64,000 bases of DNA from Raillietiella orientalis (GCA_036172245.1 JAYWIR010000011.1:4154001-4218000), one strand, 5' to 3'; shown: positions 12,271 to 25,512, counted from the first letter of the stretch. The notes: generated by a model from the letters alone, not told the origin. Program-made: numbers and translations.

Positions 12271-12849
12271 CATATCGGGTCATACTGGGGTTGGTGGGAG
12301 TGACAGCACTGTAGTGAAAAGCAGCAAAACAGGTGAGCTGCAAATGCAAATGCAGAGACAAGGAGGCAGACCTTGCAGAAAGGTCGCAAGAAACGTTCAT
12401 AGCAATAACCTCTGCGGAGGTATCCATCGGGAGTTTCACTGTTAAAAATGTGTAGTCGCTTTCAGAAACACAGATTTCGCACGTTTATTTTTCTGAAAAT
12501 TACATAACATCTATTAATTACATGCTCAGAAGTGATACCAATGAAGGATTTTCAGGAGCTTTTGATTTGCAACAAAAAGTCATTGATTCTTCGTCGAATT
12601 TTCCGGTTGTGGAGTAAGAATTTTTGAACGGGCGCGAGCTCTCCACTTTGGCGTGGGACCTCAGATCGTTGGGGTCGGCTCGATGACCGGAAGACCTGCA
12701 GTCTTAAAGCTGGACGGAGCAACGTTCGTTGAAAGCGGCGGATCGCCGACGTGCCGAGGATTGCCGCCGTCGTGATTTTTCCCCAAGGCGACAGGATGAC
12801 CAGCTGGTTGTTTGCAGGTTCTTCGGAGTCAGGAACGGGGCACATCCGG

Positions 12850-13120
12850 AAGGATGGAAACCAAGCAGCCGACGCTCTGCATGCTCTGTGGTTAGTGCGA
12901 TTACCTAAGCAGGGCTTTCGGCGGGCGTGGCCCCTGTGTGTCGTCTCCGTCGTGAGAACCCTACCCATAACATCGCAGCGAGTCCGGAGGCGCTGAAGCG
13001 GCAGAGGAATCATCTGAGGGAGGAGCTCGCGTTCCAGGAGCAGCTGCTGGAAGACAGGCTTCAGGTGCAGCGGCTGGAGCTTCAGCAGAAGCTGTCCCTC
13101 GAAGAGAAGCTGTTCGATCC
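12850..13120 (+). mobile_element. Possible LTR retrotransposon (Bel/Pao-like) gag N-terminal relic
   Basis: Ser/Arg-rich SSRRSACSVVS followed by an isolated coiled coil LKRQRNHLREELAFQEQLLEDRLQVQRLELQQKLSLEEKL. No convincing splice signals. Confidence 0.3.
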
Positions 13121-13379
13121 TTTGTATTTCGGAAGAATGCGTTGCTCGCCTTTGATTTGGCTAACGCTCTCGTCTGCTTGGACCTCCAACAGCTACCAAC
13201 CGCAGCAACTCTTCACTCGAATCACCTATTTCCACTTCCACATGGCCATTACTATTCTCTGTCCTCATATCGCCGTCCTCCTTTGGGATGATTCTCTGAG
13301 GTTCGACGTCGCTATGCGATTGATGTTTCCGTGCCTTCTCGACGGGGGGGGGGGGGTCTTCATCACTAGTGATTTCAGG

Positions 13380-13580
13380 CAGAGTACCGACTGGCAAGCG
13401 TGTTCGTTTTCCAAACCTGCTTTAAGCCTTTACAGCCAGATTGAGAAAGAGAACACGCCTTTTTCGCCGGAGCACGGGGTGGGGGTGGGGAGGAACATTC
13501 GGTGGCCCACGCACGTCCGTCACCGTCCGGACATGGCGTTTTCCTCTTCCATTGGAGAGCCACTGATAGTTGTGAATCAC
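13380..13580 (-). mobile_element. Ty3/gypsy integrase relic
   Basis: Reads LSNGRGKRHVRTVTD (compare SNGxAERxVRTxK) and, downstream, FGKRTRLPV (compare FGRxxRLP). Confidence 0.55.
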
Positions 13581-15786
13581 TCACAATCACCGTTTCATAA
13601 TAATAATTTTAAAATTCTCATGAATTTTCTACTTTGGCGTTTTCATCGAATTATCACTGATAGCGGCCGGTAATTGTTAATATAAACAGATTAATCACTT
13701 GAACCATGTATATATATACGGCACAAGTGATTGATCGGTTTACACTAATGATGCTAATACTGATTGGTTTGATATTACACCTTAACATATATATATGTGG
13801 GTTACGGTATATTTCACGGTGTATGTATGTATATATTTGTATATGTATGTTGGGGTATCATCAAACTCGCAGAAAACCCTGCGCTGCACATGGAGCAAAA
13901 ACAACTTTTCAACTACTCCTTCCCCCGATGATGATGATTTCTCCCCACGGCCTTAATTAAGCATTGCAAACTCGTCACAGCTCCCCTTTGCTCCCATCTT
14001 GTGCTGTGGATGGCGACCATGGCGATTATGTACCAATTGTCTAAGAATGAGCGTTGTATATAACGACGTGCTGCAGAATATCAATTGCCGAAAGCTATAA
14101 ATAGCAGGTTCCTTCCCCCCCCACCACCAAGCATTTCCATTTTACTCGTGAAACCAACGTTTCTCGCGTTTCCATCACCACGAGATGTGTATCCATTACA
14201 AAGTCCACAGTATGGCATTTTTCTTTTTTTTTACCTCCAAGCATTTCCCTTCCCGAGGTCCTTCCAAACACCACAGAAAGATGTCAGGCGTGGCACTAAG
14301 GCATTAAGGTGCACATCCCATTTTCCTTGGCAACATACGTTACCTCGAGTGTCATGGAGATCGTCGCAGCCCTTCAGTTCCTTCGTTGCGGTCCCTACCT
14401 CATCCCGGAGTTGCTGCTGGACCACTCTCTCATGCAGGGGGTGCGACCGCGCCGCGACCTCACGGTGACCTTTGCAAGAAACTCCAGAAACTGCCTGTTG
14501 GGTCTTCGAGCGATGAGGAAGGAAACGGCGGCGCAAGTGCGAGGAAGTCGCTTTGCTGCCGCATCCATCGGGGGCGTAGGGCTGCTGCCACCACCCCACA
14601 GCCTTCCCGTTCCGCAGACTACGCGAGGCAAGGGCGGAATGAGGAAGAAGACGAATTTTCTTACAGCGCTTCCCCGATCCCCCTTCTGCCTGATACTGAG
14701 TCCGGGCCTTGATCCGAGATTTGTGGAACATCCAACCATCGGTGCCCCCGCGTTCCAAGATGCTCCGAAACCGCGACGCGATTCTCAAGGTGAGAGACGC
14801 AGCTTCCCAGAAGCAGCACATGGAAGGCACTCGATTTTTCCTTTCTCTTGCTTGCGCCCGCGGTCCCCGATCTCATCGTAAATCTTCCGAGTGATTTTTC
14901 ATCCGCTACGGGCAGCTGATATCAGCTCGAGCAGCACCCTGCTTCCTTGCTTCCTTCTTTCTGGACTCTTCCGGTGAAAGCCACCGTTCCGTCGGCGCAT
15001 CAAAAGAATCCCTCTGCGGAGGATCTTCCGTCTCTTTGCAAAGGATCCTCACTCTCCGACACATGCAAGACTCGAGGAATTATGAGGAGGAAGGGGTAAA
15101 GTTCTTCCTCATAATTCGAAAAAAACAAGCGTGTACGAGATATTTGATCAGTAGCGTTAGTGGATGCAGCAAAACCTTCGTTTCCGTTTTTCTTCTTCTT
15201 CTTCTTTCGAATTTTTGCTTGCACGCCTTCATTCATTCCGCGACACGCTGAAGACCACGTGTTTGCCAGACAAGAACCGCCGAGAGGAAGGGCGTGGTGG
15301 AGCGCACAAATTGACCCTTGGCGCCCTCCAGTCTTTCACAAACCGCGAAAGTTGTTCAAGACATTTGGTCATGACTCAGATGTGACCTTCGCGGTCCTGC
15401 GTAGCCGACGCGATTCATCAGGCAGAAACGTCGGACAAGAGGGCCCTGAGGGGCCCTGACCGGTTCTGAAAGACCTAATCGGGTTGAAAAAGGAAAATGC
15501 AGATTGGGAACCGAGTCCCCCAAGTTTCGCTGCTTGGCAACCGAATCCTTCGGATCCGGTCCATCCCAGCCTCCGCAAAATCCGACAGGGAGCAGCACGC
15601 CGGATGCAGAGCTCCTTGCTGCCCGCACACACACATGCACATGCACATGCACGCATACATGGCGCGATCCTGCTTTGCATGTGGAGTGGATAAACACGCC
15701 AATTTTCACTGCCGGATAGCCCACACACGTTATCACACGTCGCTACGTAACCTTCCTTTTGGAGCGCAGAAGATGACTCGCCTGCG

Positions 15787-15796
15787 CTATTTATAG
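15787..15796. promoter_or_regulatory. MEF2 consensus site, also TATA-like on the minus strand
   Basis: CTATTTATAG is an exact YTA(W)4TAR match and reads CTATAAATAG on the minus strand. It sits in a CpG-rich, non-TE segment. Confidence 0.4.
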
Positions 15797-16139
15797 ACAC
15801 CGCTGCTGGCTGGCTGGCTGGCGTCTCTCGGGGCGACAGAGGCGACGCGCGCGGTGGGTGCATTCCCGGAACGCAGGGTTACCCCATTCTGCACGTGTCT
15901 GCGTAAATTCACGTGGCTGGGTTTCCGGTTCCCTCTTTGGTTGCCTCTTCGTCCCTCGTTGGTGCGGCTCGCGGTTCGTCAGCACTTTGCGGTCATTTCG
16001 ATCCGGCACTTTCGTCTTTATCGTCGTTATTATTATGGGTTACTCGTTGCAATATTCGCGTTACTTCAGTGCCTTCCAGAGCGATCAAAGGTCTCGAAGA
16101 AGAGACGCACCCTGGGGATGCATTGCACCAATTCCTGAC

Positions 16140-16162
16140 TGTGTGTGTGTGTGTGTGTGTGT
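16140..16162. repeat. (TG)n microsatellite
   Basis: tgtgtgtgtgtgtgtgtgtgtgt. Confidence 0.9.
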
Positions 16163-17099
16163 TTTTACTTCAAGATACAACACAGTGTGTACGTGTATCA
16201 AAGCACGCCATAATCCGAGTAGCATCATCGTTCTATGGTCAGAACTTGTAGATCTCCACATACCAAGGGTTCCTCGACGTGGCATCCCAAGAATTTGAGG
16301 ATTTTCGTACGGAAGCCTTTTTCCAAGTCGAAATTTTCTGTTCCATCCAGTCCGAGGACTTCAAAACAAACACTCAATTGAAGATCATTCACAAGGCTCC
16401 TTTGTTCCGATCACACAAATGAATTCCAATCAGACTTGGCTCGTGACAAGTTCTTGTATCCCCTCTCCTGCCAAAGAGTCCGTGGTTCTGTTTGATGGTC
16501 CAGAGACTACAAACGCCAGACGAATTGCCTGGCTTTTTTTTTTTTTTTTTTTGGATTATGTAGCTTTCATCAATTTCTTGCTCTTTTCTCCGATATTCGC
16601 GTTGGTTTGCAAAATGATAATATGGGAGTAAGGGATTTTCGTTCATTCATGAAGTTTCCCTTTTTTTTGTTCTTTTTTCCAACTTCTTTTTTTTCCTGAT
16701 GCGACTGCGCTCGGGTCCTCTTTGGTGGACCGCTTCTCGACACGGTTTCTTGCGGACGAACACTGGAGTATCGCGAAGCGACCTTGGTGTTTCCTTGGTT
16801 TCCATGTTTGCTGCACCTCGTGCGAATTTAAAGAGCTTTCTTGGGGGAGTTTGCTACCACTGGAGAATTAGCAACGTCGGACCATCTGCACCTAACTGTC
16901 CAGTCAAGAGACAGCAACTTTTGCTTCTTTCGCACGCTGGCGGGCGCTTTCTTCTTCACGAATGACCGATGTGCTGGACACGAGCGGTCAACTAAGACGA
17001 ATGAAACTCAGTTCCTACTGCATTCTTCTAGTGCCTTTTTAGTTACTCTCCCTCGAACTGCTGATCTTCCAGGTCAACAGGCACGTATTTCTTTCTGGT

Positions 17100-17335
17100 G
17101 GCCGAAGTACTCAAACCGTTGAAGTTTTTCGGCAGCATCGGTCAAACCCTGCGTAGCCGTGGGACACAAGTTCAGAGGTCCTCAGCGACTCCTGCTCAGC
17201 ATAAACGCTGACGGTGGTCTCCCGCTGATCCCTCTTTCAAGTTCGCTTCAAAAGGCAATCCTCCGGTGCAAGTCTGGATTGTTCTTTTTGGCATTCGACA
17301 CAAACACGAAGATTTCCGTCCAAGTTTTTTGAAGG
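17100..17335 (-). mobile_element. Ty3/gypsy reverse transcriptase relic
   Basis: KNLDGNLRVCVECQK (~17285-17330) resembles the gypsy RT motif KKxDGxLRxCVDYRxLN. Broken by stops. Confidence 0.5.
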
Positions 17336-19383
17336 CGCATTAAGTTCGTTCGTTTAAAGGAAGCTTCTTTAGAACTTTTTTTTTTTTTTTTGCATTTCAT
17401 TCATTCTTCTTCTTCGAGAACACGACGTATCCATGTATCTCCCTCGGATTCCATGCGACCATCAGCGAGTGGTGCTTTCATGAGCTTTTTTGTTCCATTT
17501 ATGCTTTCTTCCAGCGCTGCCCAGTTTTACAGTCGGAGGTGCAGCGGTTCCGGTGCACGGCAAGAAGATTCACGATCTCTCCCCTCAGAGTCCATTCGAG
17601 TTTATTACCTAACTCTATTGCGTGTGTGTGTTTTGCTAGAACACGTGCTTTCTTGTATTCGTAAATGAAGACTGACAAATATGAGCTCCATCTGGGAAAA
17701 ATTTCGTTTTCGTGTCATTCAAGGACAAAACCCGCAAGTCCAAGAGTACTTGCGCGCGAACAGTTAGGGATCAGCACGTCTTTCACGGTGTTATCGTTTC
17801 CTTTACGCCTTGAGGACTGGTACGTTTGTAGAGAGGCAGATGCAAGTGGAGTGTACGGTGATCAATCGCCCATGCGTCGCTCTGAAAATGGAGCGAAATG
17901 AGAATCTCCGTTGGTTGCAGATAATAACTGATGCATGCCAGCAGCAGTGATCTCTTCTCTTGAGTTCCTGGGTCACATCGGGCTTTCTTGAAGCAATGGA
18001 ACTTTGTTCGTCAGACAACCGCAAACGCGTTCTCTTTCTTCTTCTTTTCATGTGCATTTCAGGCTCACCCTTCATTTCTGTGTATTCATTTCTGTGTATT
18101 CACTGAACCGTGTAGGCAGTGAGTGTGCCCTAGGTGATGCATTCAGTCTCAGCAGCCTCTTGTTCATCGCTTAGAAGATGCTGGCGTCTTTGAAATCAAG
18201 AGAGATGGGGGCGATCGACAAAAGGAATTTTAGGTCATTTTTTCAGTTCTAAATAACGAGTAACATACACTCCGGCCTGCTGTGAAACGAAATTTCATGG
18301 TTGAGGAGCGAACATTCCCAAATTCACTCCAGGGCTCGTCATTGGCGACAACACTTGCCAAAAACGGCTTGCAGGTCGGAAGGACTCTTCTGGTCTCGTA
18401 TAAGACACGCCAGTAAATGATGAAACTCGGAAAGTCCCGTCAAATGATTACAGAAGCAGAGCCTGCCATCGTGTACAAGAAAACAGAATTACGTGCAGGG
18501 TCGTAATGCCATCATCCCTTTCGACAATCTACTAATGCGTCTGCCTTTAGAATGCATTTCTGACCAAAAACTGGACCAATGGGAGGAAAAAGCTTAGAAC
18601 CGAGTTTGGTACAGATGCCTCGCCTGGTACGAGGAATCTGCTTCATTCTTCGAACGGTTCCATTCGCGTGTGTGCGTTTTTGAAGAGTTGAGCCGAATTC
18701 CGCCGAAACCCCTCCTCTGTCTCTAAGTTTTTTTGTTTTTTTTTTTTGTCAGTGTGCCTCCGAGTTCTCTGGTCCCGAAATGGACACGCCTGGAGGAGGA
18801 TTTCGGTTCAAGATCCCGAAAGTCAACACGTATAACAAACACACGTTCATTTTTCACAATCTGCAAGGCACATTTCAATCATATGACAATGCATGTTAAT
18901 ATGTTAATAACATATACGTTAACAATTACGTATGTGAAAACAAATTTGGATATCAATGTGTATAATAAACATATGCATTCATTTTTTATGCTTTTTCGTG
19001 ATTTCGGCGTCCGGGGCTTTGATCGTCAGCGTGAAAGAAGAACGTGAGAGACGTCGCTCGAACACTTCGCCTGCAAATTTGGACACCTTAGAGAGGGCAC
19101 GCTCTTGGAGAAGCCTCTCATCTTTGGATCTGGCGAATTTGAGCCTGGCTGTTCCCTCCCCGAATCCACGCGGTCGTTCGGTTCCGGAAGGTCCCGAAAC
19201 GCACCCCAGAGTCGACGAAACGGCAAGCCCCAGGCTTCACTTGGCGCCTGCTTGTTTGGTTCTGCTTAGGGCGATTTCCCTCGAGGAAGTGGACGTGTGC
19301 CCGCAGTGCACCTCTCGTGCACAAACTCCTCACACGCCTTCGTGGCCCCCTGTTTTTTTTTTTTTTTTTTCGTCCGTTCCCCT

Positions 19384-19830
19384 ACGAGGCGAGGCTGCGG
19401 GATAAACGCCTGCCGAGGAACGTCCTCTGGGGGGAGCCTGTGAGGTCCAGGATCCTCCCCAAAGACTCGGAGGCTCCGCGTCGAGATGCCGGCTTTGGCA
19501 TCCTCACGCTCGACAGAATCGGGCTACAAGCACAGTTCCGAATGCTGGCGCTCTGTGCCAAACTTGTAGGCTTCCCTGCTCTATGGACCTGCACGCATCA
19601 TCCTCCGGAGCTGCGTCGGCAGCGAAGGGCTGCTCTCGCTGCTGCCAGGCACCCACTACAAGATTCGGGGATTCGACTTCCCCCCGAGGCAACTCGCCTT
19701 CCCTAGTGGAACCCTCAAAGTGGATCTCCTGCCGCCCAACGAACTACAGTGCTTGGCGGAAGGAGACTGTTGAGTCCTGGGCAGCATTCCAGGGAATGCG
19801 CCTGGGGGATCTTTGTCCTTGCGACACTTT
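19384..19830 (+). mobile_element. LINE ORF2 fragment, post-RT region
   Basis: NVLWGEP...PRRDAGFGILTL resembles the L1/Tx1 'F.W.....PxxxGGLG' motif. Confidence 0.5.
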
Positions 19831-19849
19831 CTACCACGAGCTTTGGAAG

Positions 19850-20450
19850 TTTTCACTCGGGTTCGCCGGGACGTTTATTTAAAAATAAAATAAACATTTA
19901 CAGTTTGTGTGGTTGGATTTCAGGACCAACCACGTCCTTTTTGTATATACCCCGACGTTTTACCGGTTCGCTGACCGGTGAGGTCCATTACGTCAGCAGA
20001 GGAGAGGGGTCAAATAAAAAGAAAAAGAATCAAAATAAAAACGGAACAACTTTGGAGTGTCACGGGAAGGGATTATAGCCTTCTGGGAACGGTCCTCTGC
20101 ATCCTTCGGAGGATTTAGGCAAGGTCTTGCTTTATATAAATGTCCATGTGGGGCCATCTGACTGTTATCCGTAGGGGGCGATGAAAGAAATGGATGGTGT
20201 CCCTGTTGTTGGTTCATCCGTTGGCGTCGTTCCACGTTGCCACGATCAGCAGAGTGCTCCAAGGGCTGAGGCTGGCTGCAGGCGTCCCACACAAAGAGGA
20301 GCCTCATCACGTCTCTGGCGTTGCCGCCGGGAGTTCCAAGGGTCGCGCCAAAGCGTCCCGAAGGGGCCGGAGGGCAACACAGTCCACTAGGAGGTGCGGG
20401 AGGGATTCGCGCTCCCCGCACCTTGCACAGTTCGGATGCACACACACCCG
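19850..20450 (-). mobile_element. LINE 3' fragment (same family)
   Basis: NCARCGERESLPHLLVDCVALR (~20370-20432). Terminus AATAAACGTCCCGGCGAACCCGAGTGAAAA at 19850-19879. Confidence 0.8.
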
Positions 20451-21219
20451 AGTTCATTCATTTCATTATGTGATCAATCCAATTATTCATGCAGTGCTAA
20501 CCTATTGCCCGCGACGCGGGCAATAGGTTAATACATTTCAGAGACAGCTCTGCATACTTTTTTTAATCCGATGAATCGAATAATGCGATCTTCCCTGACA
20601 AAACTCAAAAAAAGGAAAGGAAAGAGAGAAAGAAACGAAATGGAAGCATTTTGGAAATCCAGTTTCCCATTATTCCAGAGATCATATTGTAAGATTCCCA
20701 CAGATCTGGCTCTCACGACTCAAAACATCGAAAGGCATCGAATCGTCTTCTCTTGTACCGAGTTCTCTTATTTCATCTGCATGCAGAGGTGGGCACGCTC
20801 AGGTGATTGTTTTCTTTATGAAAAGGGCATTGTGACCAAGAGCAAAGTTGGCTAGATTCTAGATGGTCAAAAGCTTGCCTGAAGATGACAGTGACAGTGA
20901 GTGCCGATGCAAATGATGGATCGGATGGGATAATTATAGAACAAGTTGGACTATTCCTACTCTTCTGTGATACGAAATTGGTGAACGAGAAAAGGAAGGA
21001 AGGAAGAAAAACAAAACACCTTAGGTCAGCGGCATTTCCTCTTTGGCCGAAGAAATCCCACGGTTGCGAAATTCTACACGTTTCGATCCGTATGTGAAAC
21101 GAAAAACGCTACCCAAGTTCGTAATTCATTGTGATCTTGGAAGGAAGGAATAAAGAAAGCAGCATCTCATTGACGGAGATCCATTTAACTCGAAAATCCG
21201 AGATCAACTGTGAAATGTG

Positions 21220-22100
21220 GCATCAGCATGCGACTTGGACTTCTGAGGGAGGTGGCGGCTGATGCGATCGCATGTTTTCTCTGTGCGTTTTCTCCTTTGT
21301 CTTAATGTTAGGGCTGGTGAGTGCGTAGGAAATTCCACTTGGCGAAAGGTGGGGTCGGAAATGCAGCTGAACTTCCAGAACATTCCAGCAAAACTGAAGC
21401 ATTCGATTCCGAGTGATTATTTGCAATGAGTCGGAAGGCTTCAAAGGGTTGGGCATCAGCATCAGTAGTCGATCAGTTTTAGTCGCGCATTTCGGGTCCA
21501 ATCTCTGACCTGAATATGAATCTTCTACTGTTGCCTACAGCCGTTTCTCAGTGATGAAGCCGGATGCCTTAAAATAAAAAGGAATCCTCTCCTCGCCCAA
21601 GTTTTCCCAGTTAAATCGAGTTCCTTTCTTCCCTGTACGTTGGCGCACGTTCCAGTGCTGCAAGACGCTGAGTGATAGCCTCTAATTGCATCAGAATCGG
21701 TTGCTCAGGAACTCGAGAATCCGTCTGGATTGCCTTGCATGAACGAGCAAGAGCAATGAGACTCTTCATGGATCGCATACGAGGGAAACCGGCATATAAG
21801 AACACCAGTTGTTCTTCGCGGTCATTTTACTTATGCGTGTAGAACTTGGCAGTGGCACGTGCTGGCTCCCCGCTCTGCAAGCCGCCATCTTTCGGTACCT
21901 GCTCGACCTGGATCCTGTTTTTGAAACCTTGCAAGTATCTTTTTTCCTTAATTCCAGAAAAGAAAATGTGTGGTCTTTCATCGGAACAGAGGCGCGGCTT
22001 CCCATCCTAGCAACTGTCTCTGTCCTGTAATCTTCCTGACACAGCGTTCGCGTAGTCCGCATCCCCTGCTCAAGTAAAGGCACGGGCACTACCATGCGGC
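21220..22100 (-). mobile_element. Ty3/gypsy gag(-protease) relic
   Basis: Gag-like ...NDREEQLVFLYAGFP and QLEAITQRLAALE, plus a degenerate protease-site-like LLECSGSSAAF. Multiple stops. Confidence 0.4.
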
Positions 22101-22348
22101 TTCATCTGGTCCATCTGTGCCGCTGCGCTGCGCGGTGCCCTAACTTTCGACGCTCGTGGCGTTTCCGACTTTCGGCTCTTCCCTAACCAAATTATCCGAT
22201 TCTGGGTTGCTTCCCGTTAAACCTGTTACGCGACGCGGCATAATCCTTTCATGAACGGATACACCCAGCGCGGGAACACCACCGAACTGGGATGCAGGAT
22301 CCTCCGCTGTGCCGGCTTCGAACGTACCCAGCCGAAGAGCCGGCGTTG

Positions 22349-23390
22349 TCACCCCGTCACGCCGGGGCGCTTACTAAAAAAAACTCGCTCCATTCGTGGT
22401 ACGAGGCCCCACTACAGCCAATACATCAATGGATCTGCCGGGTCGCCGACAGACCGGCGGACTCACCTCGGCAGCGAAGGGGGGGATGGGAGAAAACAAA
22501 AATAAAAATAAAGAAGGAAGAATAAATAAAAATAAATAAGAACACGTTGGAGGGTCGAGAGGATATCGCAGTTCGCTGGAGGGAGTCTGCATCCTTTCCA
22601 GGATGCCAGCCAGCTAGGTCCGTTCGTAGGCATCCCAGGTGGGGTCATCCGACCTCTATTCGCAGGAAGCGAGTTGCCAGTACGATGGCCTTCCTGCGTT
22701 GGCTTCGCTCCAAGAGGCCGCGGATGCAGCAGAGTGCTGCTAGGACTGCGGCCGGTTGCAGGGCAAAGAGGAGCCGTACGTCCCTGAAGGAAGGGGGGGG
22801 GACGCAAACAGGGTCGTTCCGAAACGTTCCCACAGGGACCGGAGGGCAACACAGTCCACTAGCAGGTGCGAGAGGGATTCGCGATCCCCGCACCTGCGAC
22901 ATTAGGGGTTCACGGTCCCCAGCATCCTTGCACACGGGCAGTATCGCGGCCGCTGACGGAGACTGAGGAGCGATTATTGCTAGTTGGGAACTTTCCTCCT
23001 GGCGTCCAGAGGTGTCGGCGCGCGTTCCAGTGGCTGGAAATCCCAGGGCAACAACAGAAGGGCCGACTGCTGCCACTTTAGGGGGAGGGAAGAGCTGGCG
23101 AAGGAGCGACGCGGTGCGTCTCCTCCCTCCGGCGCGAGCCGAAGAGTTCATAACCGCTGCGTTTTGGTTGCGCAGACACCTCGCGCTTGCGCGAGCGCCG
23201 CGTTCATTGAATCGGGAGCGCGGCAGATGCCGTCGCAGGTGGCCGGCCGTCTCGCGAGCGGGTCGGCCAGGTTCCGGTCCACCCCGTCGGGCAACCCGGC
23301 ACGGTCCGTCATCACGGGGTCGCGTCCTGACCTGCGCGCTCGCGCGCGATGTTCCATCGGTGTTTTACTGACACCCAGGTGCTGACGGCA
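22349..23390 (-). mobile_element. LINE 3' fragment (same family)
   Basis: CRRCGDRESLSHLLVDCVALRSLWERF (~22820-22901). 3' UTR is homologous to 7510-7954. Terminus AGTAAGCGCCCCGGCGTGACGGGGTGA at 22349-22375. Confidence 0.8.
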
Positions 23391-23558
23391 TGCTGCAGTC
23401 CTTGTCTTCAGGTTCTCGGATGACGTACTACACTAATCTCACGACGCCTTTCGGGGATGCTGGAAGCCGCAGATCGCGCATCCCCGGTGTTGTCGTTATG
23501 GTCGGGAGGCTGCAGAAACGAAGGAAATTCCCGTTTGTGGGGAGGCTGGCCAGAATGG

Positions 23559-24660
23559 TTTTTCACCCGGGTGCACCGGGGCGTTTATTAGAAAACTATC
23601 CGAGACCAAAGTTCCCAGACGATGGGTACAGAAGATCGAAGGGAGGGCTCCCCGATACGCAGGTCGGTAAAACCAAAAGTCCGGAATGGGAGGGGAACAC
23701 AAATAAATATATTAAAAAAATATAAATAAAGATATGAGGGGTTGGGGACGGGGGGTCTTTGGCTTCGACCGTTCCTTCCTTTCAGAACCGGCGCTGGATG
23801 CCGGAGATCTTCCGCACGTCTTCTGGAAGATGAGGCTATCTGGCAGCCGTCGTCATGTTGTCATTGGCGATTGCGGTGGCCTCTCGAGGGATCACCTGCG
23901 TCTCCAACTGACGGCGGGCCGTGACGATGGTACAGATGCAACAGATCGTTGCGATTGCCGCACCTAACGACAGGCCACCTGGCGTGAAGAAGGGGCGCAC
24001 AGAAGTCCTTGCGGTGTCCTCCTAGCGCAGGAGAGCTGAAGCCAGCCTCCGCCACAGTCCTTGGAGGACACCTCAGTCGAAGAGCAGGTGCGGGAGCGTT
24101 TCCGCTGCTGCTCACCTTCCACAGTTTGAAGGCGCAACTCCCCCGGAAACAATGTCCGCGCGCTGGTCGCAATGGAAGCTCCAATGCACCAGCAAAAGCA
24201 CATCTTGTTTCCAAAGCAGAGGGGACACTGAAGTGTCCACGAACGAGGGAGGGACCAGAAGTTCTTCGGGGGGCACACTCCAGAGTTCTCTCCACCGAAG
24301 GAGTCCCTTCGGAATGTTGCGAGGCGTGGCGGCGTCTGCCAGCTCGCTAGTCCTCCAGGTGCTCATGGGTCGGGTTGCTCCTGCGATCATGCAGGCGACC
24401 TCCCACCTCGCCGGTAGACAACTGTCCTCTCTTGCCCTTAGGGCAGACAGCGCTACGGCGAGGGGAGTGGAGGCCAGGCTGGTCCACTTGCTCCGGTCTC
24501 GCACCACATCCACCACATCCAACATCGGGGGAAAGGTGCACGCCACGAAGTTCAGTAAGGGGCCCTTCCTGATCCTTGCCCAGGACGACAACGCTTCCTG
24601 CCGCCAGTCGGCAGCAGGAGATGCAAGACTGGGCTTTCAGGTCCTGTTAAGCTGCCTCAG
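23559..24660 (-). mobile_element. LINE 3' fragment (same family)
   Basis: NCGR*AAAETLPHLLFD*GVLQGLWRRLASAL, with two Cys codons turned to TGA. Terminus AATAAACGCCCCGGTGCACCCGGGTGAAAAA at 23559-23589. Confidence 0.8.
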
Positions 24661-25512
24661 GTGTTAAGCTGGCCAGAGTGGTGATGGTGGTGATGTGCCG
24701 GAATCGGGTTATTCGCAAGTTCTTTCTGCTCTGCTTTGTTTATCCTTGAAAGGAACCTCGGATCCTGTGTGTCACAGCCAACCGTTTCCAAGGCGTGGAG
24801 CTGGGAAACGCGGCCACGAAGGCCTGATGGATCTCGGCTGGAAAGGAAAATCCCTGCCACTGTTTTGCCTGCTGGGCGTTTCGTGTGGGTATGTCGTGGC
24901 TGACGTTGGCACGGATGTGGTGCTTCTAAGTAGAAAGACGCTCGAAACACGCGTGGTTACCGAGGGGACGGGTTTCCTCCAAGAGTAGATTTCCACGGGG
25001 TGACACATTTCGCGTTCCCATTCAAGGAACTGCTGCAAGGTGAGCACTTCAATTTCATCCCAGCGTTCAGATACCGGGCGTGGTCGAACACGTTGAAAAA
25101 CGTGGAGTCTACCGGCGTTCTGCGGTCGAGTGTTTCGGTAGGCGTCACCCCCTTTTTGATGACTTTGAGTTTGTTTGCCTTTTCCTTCAAAAACATGTGC
25201 ACAGAGTCTGGTCAAGGTTAGAGAGGGGAACTCCAGCCAGCATTGGAACCCAATCCATTTTAACTGCATTGAAAACATCAGTGCACAAAGTCGTGCTCGG
25301 TTGATAGCGTTTTTATATGGTTTATGTGTTGGTGTGTGCTGGAAAGTGTATTTGTGTGTCTCCAAACCACTCATGGTGTTTTATATTATTGATGCATTTT
25401 GGGAGGGGGGGGGGGGTTGCAGGTTTTCATGTGCCAATTTCCATGTGTCTTTCAGGATGTGGTTATTTTTGATTCTTGCAGTTATCAGAAGTGAAGCTAT
25501 GGTGGACAAGGT

